Source of the DNA: Cenarchaeum sp. | GTDB taxonomy: Archaea; Thermoproteota; Nitrososphaeria; Nitrososphaerales; Nitrosopumilaceae | Assembly: GCA_963692915.1 (NCBI GenBank) | Contig: OY843584.1 | Coordinates: forward strand, 288,001-352,000 | Direction: 5' to 3' | DNA length: 64,000 nt | Part shown: positions 48,885-57,855 of the stretch, piece after piece | How the letters are laid out: every line of letters begins with the position of its first letter | Position numbering within the stretch: position 1 is the stretch's first letter | Translations under genes and position numbers: made by a program | The notes under the pieces: model-generated | What the model saw: only the letters and a program-made list of their open reading frames with translations | Told to the model about the DNA's origin: nothing | Database searches by the model: none

Positions 48885-50043
48885 GGAGCAGCCGCGCCCC
48901 GCGATCCGGATCGCCCAGGGCGCAGTCCCGCTTGCCCTAGCGGCGGTCCTCATCGCCTACGTCGTCGCCCCCGGACCCGGCCTTGAGCAGCCCGGCATGG
49001 TCATACTGCCCGAGATCACGATCGAGCGCATAGAGTTTGCCGACGGCGAGATACGCGCAAGCGTGCGCAACACGGGCCACCTCGACGTGAGCATCGCGCA
49101 GGCTGACATCAATGACCGCATACAGCCGTCTGCGGCCGAGCCGGACAAGTCGCTGGGCTGGCTAGAGTCGGCGACTGTTCGCATCCCGTACGAGTGGAAC
49201 GCCGGTGAGCCCTATGAGGTTGGGATCACGCTCGATGACGGGACGCGCTTTGCGCGCGCAGTCGAGGCCGCAGTGCCGGCCCTGCGGGCCGACGGGCCGA
49301 CAGTGTCGTACCTCCTGGCCATTGGCGCGTGCGTTGGCGTCATTCCAGTTATGATCGGCCTCATGTGGCGTCCGGCGATCGCGCGACTCTCAAGCGCGGC
49401 GCGCACGATAATCCTGGCGTTCACCATTGGCCTCCTCGCCTTTATCGCCGTGGACACGATGCGCGAAGCACTCGACGTGTCTGCGGCCTGGGGCATTGAT
49501 GCCGGATACAACGGGACGCTCCTTGCCGTGACTGCGGCGACCCTGGTCTTTCTGGCCATGCGCTACGCCTCCTCGGCGATGCGCAGGGCCGGCGCTAATG
49601 CGCCTGTCACGATCGCAATCCTCGTCGCCGCCGGTATCGGCCTGCACAACCTCGGCGAGGGCCTGGCCATAGGGGCTGCTGCCGCACTCGGGCAGGCAGC
49701 ATTCACGTCATTTCTCATAGTCGGCCTCGCGCTGCACAACCTGACTGAGGGCCTGGCAATTGCGGCTCCTGTGGCCCGCTCGAGGGTGGGCCTGGCGAGG
49801 ATGGCCGGACTCGGCCTCATCGCCGGCCTGCCCGTCATGGTCGGAACGGCCGCCGGCGGCCTCCTCTTCTCGCCGGCCGCCGCAGTCATTCTCCTGGCTG
49901 CTGCCTCGGGAGCAGTCGTGCAGGTCATCGTCTCGATGGTCTCGTGGATGCGCTCAGAGGGCATGGAGATCAGCGGCGGGCCTGCACTTGTGGGCGTGGG
50001 AGCCGGAATGCTTGCACTGTATGCGGTCAGCGTGCTGGCCTGA
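48874..50043 (+). CDS. ZIP-family divalent metal transporter with N-terminal external domain
   Basis: GLHNLGEGLAIG and LHNLTEGLAI; overlaps the MCO stop. Confidence 0.9.
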   Translation: MANREQPRPAIRIAQGAVPLALAAVLIAYVVAPGPGLEQPGMVILPEITIERIEFADGEIRASVRNTGHLDVSIAQADINDRIQPSAAEPDKSLGWLESATVRIPYEWNAGEPYEVGITLDDGTRFARAVEAAVPALRADGPTVSYLLAIGACVGVIPVMIGLMWRPAIARLSSAARTIILAFTIGLLAFIAVDTMREALDVSAAWGIDAGYNGTLLAVTAATLVFLAMRYASSAMRRAGANAPVTIAILVAAGIGLHNLGEGLAIGAAAALGQAAFTSFLIVGLALHNLTEGLAIAAPVARSRVGLARMAGLGLIAGLPVMVGTAAGGLLFSPAAAVILLAAASGAVVQVIVSMVSWMRSEGMEISGGPALVGVGAGMLALYAVSVLA

Positions 50044-50122
50044 ACGGATAAGCTTTGGCCCCCTGCGGGGTCAATTATGATCCCACTCAATACATAAATA
50101 CTTTGGAGGCCGCTAGGGGGCG

Positions 50123-51196
50123 TTGATGGGGAACACTGGGCGCATATTGGTTACCGGGGCGCTCTTTGCCATAATGCTCATGTCAGCGCCGATGGCCGCC
50201 TTTGCCCAGACGGGATCGCTGGCTCCACGGCTGGCAGTGACCGTTGACGCCGCCGGCCCGTACTCACAAGGGGACACAGTCACTGTATCTGGCACGATTC
50301 GCGAAGTGATTGAAACGTCTCCGGATCTGACGATCAGGATACACCTCGCCCCAGAGGGAGAAGAATCTGCAGTAATACCTGCTCCAACCGGCCAGAGTTT
50401 CCCGGCGTTTGTAAAGATAGCCCAGGTGAAGGCGTCCGAGCTGACCGACCTCTCGTTCACCACAGAGATCAGGGTTGGCGGTCCGCAATGGAACAGGTCT
50501 GGTGACTATATCGTATATGCGCAGTATGGCTCGTACAACGCACAGACGACGTTCAACTATATCTCTAGTGGAACATCGCCAACGCCGCCGACTCCGCCAG
50601 CCGTGGCGCCTGAACCAGAGCCCGTTGCGCCGCCGGCACCAGAACCGCCGGCACCAGAACCGATAATTCCGCCGCCACCGCCACCGCCCCCACCACCGCC
50701 GCCACCGGCACCAACGACTGATCCAATCCCGACGCCAACATGCGGTCCGGGCACGTCGCTAAAGGATGGTGTCTGCGTTCCAGACGCAAGGCCGGGTGGC
50801 GCGTGCCTCATAGCGACTGCGGCGTATGGCACGGAGATGGCCGCCGAGGTTCAGATGCTGCGCGAGCTGCGTGACACGACGCTACTCGGGACGGGCTCGG
50901 GTTCGGCGTTCATGGCCGCGTTCAACGGCGTCTACTATACGTTCTCGCCAACAGTCGCAGACCTCGAGAGGCAGAGCCCCGAGTTCAGGGAGGTCGTGCG
51001 CGCCCTCATCACGCCGATGATATCGTCGCTTGCGATAATGTCACTTGCCGACGGTGGCTCGGATTCTGACGTGCTCTCGCTGGGCATGGCAGTCATAGCG
51101 CTCAACATCGGCATGTATATCGCCGCACCGGCAGCCGTAGCCGTGACAGTCAAAAAGGCCGTCTCAAAGCGCGCGCGTGCTCACGAGACCCCCTAG
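50123..51196 (+). CDS. CFI-box-CTERM surface protein with Pro-rich linker
   Basis: Signal peptide, poly-Pro, CGPGT...C, GGACLIATAAYG...LRELRD...YYTFSP. Confidence 0.9.
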   Translation: MMGNTGRILVTGALFAIMLMSAPMAAFAQTGSLAPRLAVTVDAAGPYSQGDTVTVSGTIREVIETSPDLTIRIHLAPEGEESAVIPAPTGQSFPAFVKIAQVKASELTDLSFTTEIRVGGPQWNRSGDYIVYAQYGSYNAQTTFNYISSGTSPTPPTPPAVAPEPEPVAPPAPEPPAPEPIIPPPPPPPPPPPPPAPTTDPIPTPTCGPGTSLKDGVCVPDARPGGACLIATAAYGTEMAAEVQMLRELRDTTLLGTGSGSAFMAAFNGVYYTFSPTVADLERQSPEFREVVRALITPMISSLAIMSLADGGSDSDVLSLGMAVIALNIGMYIAAPAAVAVTVKKAVSKRARAHETP

Positions 51197-51226
51197 ATTA
51201 TTATACACGGGCCGTGTGCGGGACGC

Positions 51227-51553
51227 GTGATGAACATAGAGTACGAGGAGTTTGGAACCGTCGAGGACATCTTCCTCTACATGTCAGCGGCGGCGGCCCC
51301 GATGAAGAACACGATGCCAATAAGCTCGTACAAGGGCTATGTCATGTCATTCATACCGCTCAGCCCCGCCACGGGCGAGTCTTACCTCATGATCTACACA
51401 AAGGGAGAGCTCGAGCCGGGCATCTACGAGTTTGACGTCTCGACAAAGTCGCACAAGGCCGTAACGTCGATCGAGCGCACGGACAAGGTCTACTTTGTAG
51501 TCATAAAGCCAACGCGCAACACGATCGCTGACAGTGCGCTAAAGGGCCTATAG
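51227..51553 (+). CDS. Conserved hypothetical protein
   Basis: TTATTATA box upstream; 108 aa ORF. Confidence 0.75.
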   Translation: MMNIEYEEFGTVEDIFLYMSAAAAPMKNTMPISSYKGYVMSFIPLSPATGESYLMIYTKGELEPGIYEFDVSTKSHKAVTSIERTDKVYFVVIKPTRNTIADSALKGL

Positions 51554-51616
51554 GCCTCATTGCGTCTATCTTTGGTGGAGTTAGTCTACTGCGACAGGAA
51601 GCTTGTGCCAGAGTGC

Positions 51617-53209
51617 CTATAGCTTCTTTGTCTCTATCTTTGGGGCCGAGACTGACCTGCTGCGAGCGTGCGACTCGATCACCTCATCAGGCGTGCGCCC
51701 GTTAAAGAGGTTCTTGCAGAGCCCGCGCAGATAGCGCAGTATGGCCCACGTGCCGGCCTTTATGAGGCCGTACATGAAGACCTTCATTGGCGGCCCGTAG
51801 GACTTGTTGCGCAGAATTATGGGGATAATGTCGTTGATCACGCGAAGGTTGTTCTCCCAGCACTTCCAAAAGAGCGTAAACTGTGCCTCGTTGAGGTTGC
51901 CAAAGTGCATCGAGTTGCGCTCGCCAAAGTCCTGGTACAGCAGGGGCGCGACGAGACCCCGAAAGTCGCTCGCCCTAAAGTCAGTCATCATGTCCAGCGT
52001 GTACTGGACGTCATCGGGCGTCTCATCAGGCCAACCAATAATTATCGTCGCTGCCGGAAACCAGTGGTTGGCGTTGAGTATGCGTGCACCCTCGCGCACG
52101 ACGCTGCCCCACTCCTCTGGCCTGAACGGCCGCGTCTTTACGCCAAGGTGCTTTTTCACCATATCTGGAGCGACAGTCTCTATGCCGAGGTTAGTCGCAA
52201 GCCATCGCCCGCCCTTGTCCATCTCGTTTATCCTCGAGATGTCAGCCATGAGGTCAGGATCCGCCGCAACTGCCGAGAACGTCATGTGCGTCGTGCCGAC
52301 AAAATTTGCGCCAAGGCCCTTAAGGCCTGCCCAGAGGTCAGTTATCGCGTCGCGGTTTGGCCTAAAGTCGCGGTTGTCGCACCCGTACAGGAGCATCTCA
52401 TCAGAATGGAGCCAGACGGAGTCAAACCCATAGTCGAGATTTATCTTTGCCTCGCGCTGGAGCCTATCGGGTGGAAGGTCCTTCTTTGAGCGCTTGTTGA
52501 CGTCGCAAAAGTCGCACCCGCGCCCGCACCCGCGCATGGCCTCTATGAGCGAGTTGACCGTCGGCTTTTTTATCTCCGGGATGTTCTGTATGTTCTTGAC
52601 AAAGCAGTGCATGATCTCTGGCGCACCGCCGGCCTCAAGATCGTGAAAGAGGTCAAGGGCAAGCTCGTCGGCCTCGCCGACCACGACGGTGTCGATCCCA
52701 TGCACGCGCATCCTGTCAGGCTTTGCGAGCTCCCAGGCGCCGTTGCCCCCGACGACGACGTGAAAGCCGTGCTTCTTTTTGAGCTGTATGATAGTTGCGC
52801 ACATGCGCTTGAACTTCATCGCGATATATGACAGCTTTTCAGGGGACATCGTCGTAGTCACGGGAGCCATGCCGAGAGGATCCATGACGTTTATCCCGAC
52901 GACCTTTGTATTGGGCCCTATGGACTTTGTGAGATGCTCGGGGTTTGCGACAAAGACCTCGTCCTTGTCATAGCCCTGGTGCAGCGCGCTCTCGACCCTG
53001 CGCAGGCCGATCTGCGCGACCTTTGCCTCGCCCGTCACGGGATCTGTCTCCACTGCGGGGCAGAAGACCTTGTCAAATACCCATTCGGGCAGAACCTCGT
53101 ATGGCCCGCACGCGATAAACCCGTACAGAAAGTTGCCCCGATAGTTGGTCATGAGACTGCGGTCTGCTGTCAGGACTATACGTTTTCCGTCCAACGGCAA
53201 AAAGCCCAC
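51617..53209 (-). CDS. Radical SAM protein with B12-binding-like N-terminal domain
   Basis: RGCGRGCDFC (CxxxCxxC), VVVGG, VVVGEAD. Confidence 0.9.
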   Translation of the reverse strand: MGFLPLDGKRIVLTADRSLMTNYRGNFLYGFIACGPYEVLPEWVFDKVFCPAVETDPVTGEAKVAQIGLRRVESALHQGYDKDEVFVANPEHLTKSIGPNTKVVGINVMDPLGMAPVTTTMSPEKLSYIAMKFKRMCATIIQLKKKHGFHVVVGGNGAWELAKPDRMRVHGIDTVVVGEADELALDLFHDLEAGGAPEIMHCFVKNIQNIPEIKKPTVNSLIEAMRGCGRGCDFCDVNKRSKKDLPPDRLQREAKINLDYGFDSVWLHSDEMLLYGCDNRDFRPNRDAITDLWAGLKGLGANFVGTTHMTFSAVAADPDLMADISRINEMDKGGRWLATNLGIETVAPDMVKKHLGVKTRPFRPEEWGSVVREGARILNANHWFPAATIIIGWPDETPDDVQYTLDMMTDFRASDFRGLVAPLLYQDFGERNSMHFGNLNEAQFTLFWKCWENNLRVINDIIPIILRNKSYGPPMKVFMYGLIKAGTWAILRYLRGLCKNLFNGRTPDEVIESHARSRSVSAPKIETKKL

Positions 53210-53305
53210 CGCGCATTCTATATATCACTTGCCTATATGCACGCATAGGCGCGCCCTGGGCACTGGCTCCTCTTTAAATAATGGTATTCTTGGTCGCCGC
53301 CGCAG

Positions 53306-53857
53306 ATGGAGTACAAGACACGCTATCCGCGTACGGTGTCGTTTCTTGGTAACGTGCGCGAGCAGATACGCGCAGACCCGAAAACAGGCGTCGCGCAGCT
53401 CGAACTCGTCGTCAGAAAGAATATCGACGAGCTCTTTGGGATATTTGCGAGCGAGGGCTTTAAGCGTGTCTCCCTTGAGCACAAGAGACCCGGCCAGATC
53501 GGCCATGGTCTCTGCCTAAAGCTCGCCAAGCCCTGGGAGCTCCATGTCCGGATGACGGCGATCAGGGACGGCCTCGTGGCGATACACTCTGAAGTCGAAG
53601 TCTCGCGCGACTATCTCCAGCACACGTTCAGCCAGAGGACGCACGTCATATACGAGGTTGCCGATATGCTCCAGAGGCACAGCGTCGAGTATCGCATATG
53701 GAGTCGCAGCCTCAAAAAGTACGTTTCTAGCGTGATAGACGACTATCGCGTGAAGCTCGCCTCGCCGGCGTTTCCGGCTTTTGCGTGGAAGCCGATGCTC
53801 TTTGTCATTGCGACTGTGAGCATCATGTACCTGTGGAAGTACGTCAACACAATATAG
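53306..53857 (+). CDS. Conserved hypothetical protein with C-terminal TM helix
   Basis: TTTAAATA box; PWELHVR, EVEVSRDYLQH. Confidence 0.75.
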   Translation: MEYKTRYPRTVSFLGNVREQIRADPKTGVAQLELVVRKNIDELFGIFASEGFKRVSLEHKRPGQIGHGLCLKLAKPWELHVRMTAIRDGLVAIHSEVEVSRDYLQHTFSQRTHVIYEVADMLQRHSVEYRIWSRSLKKYVSSVIDDYRVKLASPAFPAFAWKPMLFVIATVSIMYLWKYVNTI

Positions 53858-53864
53858 GGTATAG

Positions 53865-53957
53865 TGCCGGAGGTGGGTTTCGAACCCACGACCTCCAGAT
53901 TATGAGTATTGCCTCTGGTGTGGACTGGCACTCTAGGCCAGGCTGAGCTACTCCGGC
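53865..53957 (-). tRNA. tRNA-Met(CAT), elongator, with non-canonical intron in the anticodon stem
   Basis: GCCGGAG/CTCCGGC acceptor, CCAG-[~17 nt]-A-CTCATAA-TCTGG, GGTTCGAAACC. Confidence 0.85.
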
Positions 53958-54010
53958 ACGATAGAGCGCGCGACAAGATGGCAAATTAAACCATTCCCTC
54001 TACTGCGCGG

Positions 54011-55582
54011 CTAGTACATGCGCTTTACCTTTTTCCAGGGGGTCTTTTCGTCCTGAACCCAGAGGAACTTGCGCTGGAGGGCGCCCGTGTAGACCTTTTC
54101 CCAGTTCGCGCCGACCTCGTCTATCCACGCCTTGACGACACGAGGGTCGACATAGTTGCGCAGCGACGTTCCGAGGTTATAGTCACTCGTCCTCTCGGCC
54201 AGGTCGAGCTGCATCTTTAGGCGCTCTATCCTCTCGGCCTTTTTCTCGGCCTGCTTGGGCGTCTTTGTCGGCTTTGCCCTGGCGTTTTTGAGCGTCTCGC
54301 GCTTTTTCTCCAGCGACTTTGCAAAAGTCTTGGGTATCGTCCTCTTGTGGTTTAGCATCTTTGCGGCCTCGAGGTTTGCCAGCTTTGCGTGATAGATCTT
54401 TGTGTTTGCCGACTTTGTGGCTATGTTGGCGTGGGTCGAGAGATACGAGTTGACGATGTTGGATCCCAGGTATGTCCTGAACACCTTGGCCGAGACGCCC
54501 TTTACTATGCCTGACAGGTACACATTGACGTTGCGCGACGTTATGTCGCCAAATATCTCCTCGCCGGCTTCCTTGCCCTCCATGAGGGCTTTGAGGTTGT
54601 CGCGAAACTGCGTGTCATCGCCCACCTTTAGCGTCTCGGTCCATCTCACGCTGTCCTTTCCCAAAAAGTCGAACTCTATGGCATCCTTGCTGACCTTTAC
54701 ATGCTCCTTTCTGAGCGTCGTCGCGCCAACGGTGTCAGCCTCGTCTGAGTCCTTTTCATCGCCGACCCTCATCGCCGTGCGGTATATGAGATAGCAGACT
54801 GTTGCGACGTTGCGCAGCCTCTCATTTCGGCTTGCCATGTCCCTTATCATGCTCTTCCTGACTTCGTCGATCTTGCCTGACAGCGTGACGGCCTTGTCGT
54901 ACTTTGCCCTGTCACGATCCTGCTTTAGGGACACGGTGTCAGCAAACCAGATGTACTTTGCCTTTTTTGTGAGGCCGTCGGTCCAGCACGCAAGCCATAT
55001 CGAGTCTGGCTTGCAGACGATCTTTTTCCAGTTGCCCGGCGGACGTGGTGCCTTTTTGCCCATGTTTAGCGTGACGTCCTTGTGCGAGATTGCGGCCTTC
55101 CACTTTCCTCTAAAGGGGTGTGCGCCGCGCCCTATGAATATGCCTGGTGGCTCGGCCATATAGTTGCCGACATCGACATCCTTGCCGTCAAGGATTGCCT
55201 TGCCATACTTTGCCTTTAGGTCCTCGCGGATGACCTTTCTTCTTTTTGCGAGATCTTTGCGCTCCTCCTTTGTCATGCGTTCGCGAGCCTCCTTTTCGCC
55301 GTCGACTACCTTGTATGCGGCACTAAAGTCAATCTCGTCATACTTGAGACCGCGGTACTCTGGGCCTAGCTCGCGTGCAAAGTCGGCTGTAAAATTTTTC
55401 TGAAAGACGGCGTCCTGCACGTATGGCGTGTCCTTTTTCTTGGCCCACTGGTATGCCATCTCCTCTGCAAGTGTCCCTAGATTTGTCTTCTTGCCGCGAA
55501 TTTTTACTGTGATGCCCTTTGTCTCAAATGGGGGCGGAAAGAGTATTCCCCTGTGCTCGAGCGTCTTCCACCTCATGCGCAC
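54011..55582 (-). CDS. topIB: DNA topoisomerase IB
   Basis: WKTLEH, EPPGIFIGRG, MRVGDEKD, FDFLGKDS, KVFRTY, NH, GTSLRNYVDPR. Confidence 0.97.
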   Translation of the reverse strand: MRMRWKTLEHRGILFPPPFETKGITVKIRGKKTNLGTLAEEMAYQWAKKKDTPYVQDAVFQKNFTADFARELGPEYRGLKYDEIDFSAAYKVVDGEKEARERMTKEERKDLAKRRKVIREDLKAKYGKAILDGKDVDVGNYMAEPPGIFIGRGAHPFRGKWKAAISHKDVTLNMGKKAPRPPGNWKKIVCKPDSIWLACWTDGLTKKAKYIWFADTVSLKQDRDRAKYDKAVTLSGKIDEVRKSMIRDMASRNERLRNVATVCYLIYRTAMRVGDEKDSDEADTVGATTLRKEHVKVSKDAIEFDFLGKDSVRWTETLKVGDDTQFRDNLKALMEGKEAGEEIFGDITSRNVNVYLSGIVKGVSAKVFRTYLGSNIVNSYLSTHANIATKSANTKIYHAKLANLEAAKMLNHKRTIPKTFAKSLEKKRETLKNARAKPTKTPKQAEKKAERIERLKMQLDLAERTSDYNLGTSLRNYVDPRVVKAWIDEVGANWEKVYTGALQRKFLWVQDEKTPWKKVKRMY

Positions 55583-55642
55583 ATACCATCCGTCGCCAAC
55601 TGGCGAAAATTCGCCGACATTGCGTATATCAACTTAGCGAGG

Positions 55643-56164
55643 CTAGGCGAGCTCGGCGCTTCCAAACAGAACCCTGAACGGCTCGCACCATATGAGGACC
55701 TTGTCATACATTGAGATGTCAGTGCCCTCGGGTATCGCATAGTTTTGGTTGCCGCGGTTGGCCCTGAGGTCCCCGAGGTCGACATAGTCTGAGGCCTCTG
55801 TGTCCACCGAGAGGTACACGTGAAGGCCCGGACCATTGGTGGAGAAAAAGTCCTCTAGCCTGAGTATCTCGCCGCCAGAGCCGGTCAGCTCGAGCACCTT
55901 GGCGGTTCCGCGCGCGTCATGGATGCCATCGCCCACGCCGACGAACGTTCCCGAGTATGACGCCATGGGCCCATCGACCATGGGCTCGCCGGCCATCCCC
56001 TCAGCACCAATGCCCTCGGACATCTCGGCCATGTCTGAGGACATTATGACGTCAGGGAGCGCCTCGTCTATGGTCGACTCGGTAAAGTATGGGCTCACTG
56101 CGTATATCGCGCCGCCCCCGACTGCTATTGCGATGACTGCTGCGACTATGCCTGCACGCCTCAT
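55643..56164 (-). CDS. DM13-domain membrane-anchored protein
   Basis: HDARGTA, GPGLHVYLS, GNQNY, VLIWCEPFRVLFG. Confidence 0.9.
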   Translation of the reverse strand: MRRAGIVAAVIAIAVGGGAIYAVSPYFTESTIDEALPDVIMSSDMAEMSEGIGAEGMAGEPMVDGPMASYSGTFVGVGDGIHDARGTAKVLELTGSGGEILRLEDFFSTNGPGLHVYLSVDTEASDYVDLGDLRANRGNQNYAIPEGTDISMYDKVLIWCEPFRVLFGSAELA

Positions 56165-56308
56165 TGCGCGCACGTGGGGCAGATTTGGATATAAACCAAG
56201 CGTGGTCGTGGCGCCATCGCCCTCAAACCGGGTGGATGCGCACGTGCAAGAACCGGCCACGAACCAGCATAAACACAAATACCTACCACCGTTCACGGGG
56301 GAATCGAG

Positions 56309-57256
56309 TTGATCCCGCTTCCCACCGCACCGCGAGGCCGTCAAGAGGGCAGGGCCGGCGAGCCGGTCACGGGCACGCCGCTCCTAAAGCGCGGCTTTGC
56401 GTACATGCTCAAGGGAGGCGTCGTCATGGACGTCACGACAGTCGAGCAGGCGCAAGTCGCCGAGCAGGCCGGTGCCGTCTCGGTCATGGTTCTTGACAAG
56501 CTCCCGTCTGATGTTCGCAAGGCCGGAGGCGTTGCGCGCACGGCTAGCGTTCGCGTCATACGCGAGATCATGGACTCGGTGACGATTCCCGTGATGGCAA
56601 AGTGCCGCATAGGCCACGTCCATGAGGCCGGCGTGCTCGCCGAGGCAGACGTTGACATGATAGACGAATCAGAGGTTCTCACACCGGCTGATGAGCGGCA
56701 CCACATATGGAAGTGGGACTATGACACGCCATTTGTCAATGGCGCGCGCTCGCTAGGCGAGGCACTGAGGCGGATAGAGGAGGGCGCATCGATGATCCGC
56801 ACAAAGGGCGAGCCCGGCACGGGCAACGTGGCCGAGGCGATCACGCACATAAAGGCGGTAAACGATGGCATACGCAGCATACGCGCAATGCTCGAGGATG
56901 GCGACGAGCAGGAGCTCATCAGGGCATCGCGCGACCTTGGCGCCTCATACGAGCTCGTGGAGCAGACTGCGAAACTCGGCCGCCTCCCGGTCGTCAACTT
57001 TGCGGCAGGCGGAATAGCCACACCGGCTGATGCGGCGTACCTCATGTCACTTGGCTGTGACGGGATATTTGTCGGCTCGGGGATATTCAAGGCCGAGGAC
57101 GCCCTGGATCGAGCGCGCGCCGTTGTCCTTGCGACTACGTTCTGGAGGGATCCCGCACGCGTCCTGGAGGCGCAACGGATGATCGACGAGCGCAGCTCGA
57201 TGGCGGGCCTGGATGTCGCAAGCCTCGAGCTGCGCATGCAGGAGAGGGGCGAGTAA
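56309..57256 (+). CDS. pdxS: PLP synthase subunit PdxS
   Basis: [45 protein letters not shown]. Confidence 0.97.
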   Translation: MIPLPTAPRGRQEGRAGEPVTGTPLLKRGFAYMLKGGVVMDVTTVEQAQVAEQAGAVSVMVLDKLPSDVRKAGGVARTASVRVIREIMDSVTIPVMAKCRIGHVHEAGVLAEADVDMIDESEVLTPADERHHIWKWDYDTPFVNGARSLGEALRRIEEGASMIRTKGEPGTGNVAEAITHIKAVNDGIRSIRAMLEDGDEQELIRASRDLGASYELVEQTAKLGRLPVVNFAAGGIATPADAAYLMSLGCDGIFVGSGIFKAEDALDRARAVVLATTFWRDPARVLEAQRMIDERSSMAGLDVASLELRMQERGE

Positions 57257-57855
57257 TGGTGCGCATAGGCGTCCTCGCTACACAGGGCGACGTTGATGAG
57301 AACGTTGCGGCCGCACGCGATGCGCTTGGAGACTCGGGCGGCGCCGTTCGTGTGGGCACGCCGTCTGAGATCGACACGGTAGACGCGCTCATCATACCCG
57401 GGGGAGAGAGCACGGCGATAGGCCCGCTCTCCGAGATCGCCGGCGCGATGCGCGCGATCGCGCGCAGGGCTGAGGCAGACTCGATGCCCGTGCTTGGCAT
57501 ATGCGCCGGCCTCGTCCTCATTGGGGCCTCGGCGCGTGACCGCGTTGCGGGAGCCGGCGCGACGCCGCTTGGCCTCATCGACGTTGACGTTGAGCGCAAC
57601 TCGTTTGGACGCCAGCGCAACTCGTTTGAGGCCAGTGTGTCAATTCCTGGACTGGGCATAGGCGGTATCGTGGGCGCCTTTATCCGCGCGCCGACTGTCT
57701 CGCGCGCCGGTGACGGAGTTGAGGTCTTGGCCCGACTCGGCGAGAAAATAGTCGCGGTTCGCCAGGGCAACGCCATAGGCGTGTCGTTTCATGCCGAGCT
57801 TGGCAGCTCGGAGCTGCACCGCAGCTTTGCCAATATTGCCGCAGGCACCGCCTAG
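57256..57855 (+). CDS. pdxT: PLP synthase glutaminase PdxT
   Basis: QGDV, PGGEST, GICAG, RNSFGRQ, FIRAP, FHAEL. Confidence 0.95.
   Translation: MVRIGVLATQGDVDENVAAARDALGDSGGAVRVGTPSEIDTVDALIIPGGESTAIGPLSEIAGAMRAIARRAEADSMPVLGICAGLVLIGASARDRVAGAGATPLGLIDVDVERNSFGRQRNSFEASVSIPGLGIGGIVGAFIRAPTVSRAGDGVEVLARLGEKIVAVRQGNAIGVSFHAELGSSELHRSFANIAAGTA

Noticed and set aside
50575-50740. CCG/CCA-rich repeat as a contingency locus
   Set aside because: It is an in-frame poly-proline linker with mixed codons, ordinary for surface proteins.
54011-55582. Eukaryote-like topoisomerase IB as a novelty
   Set aside because: Established hallmark of Thaumarchaeota.
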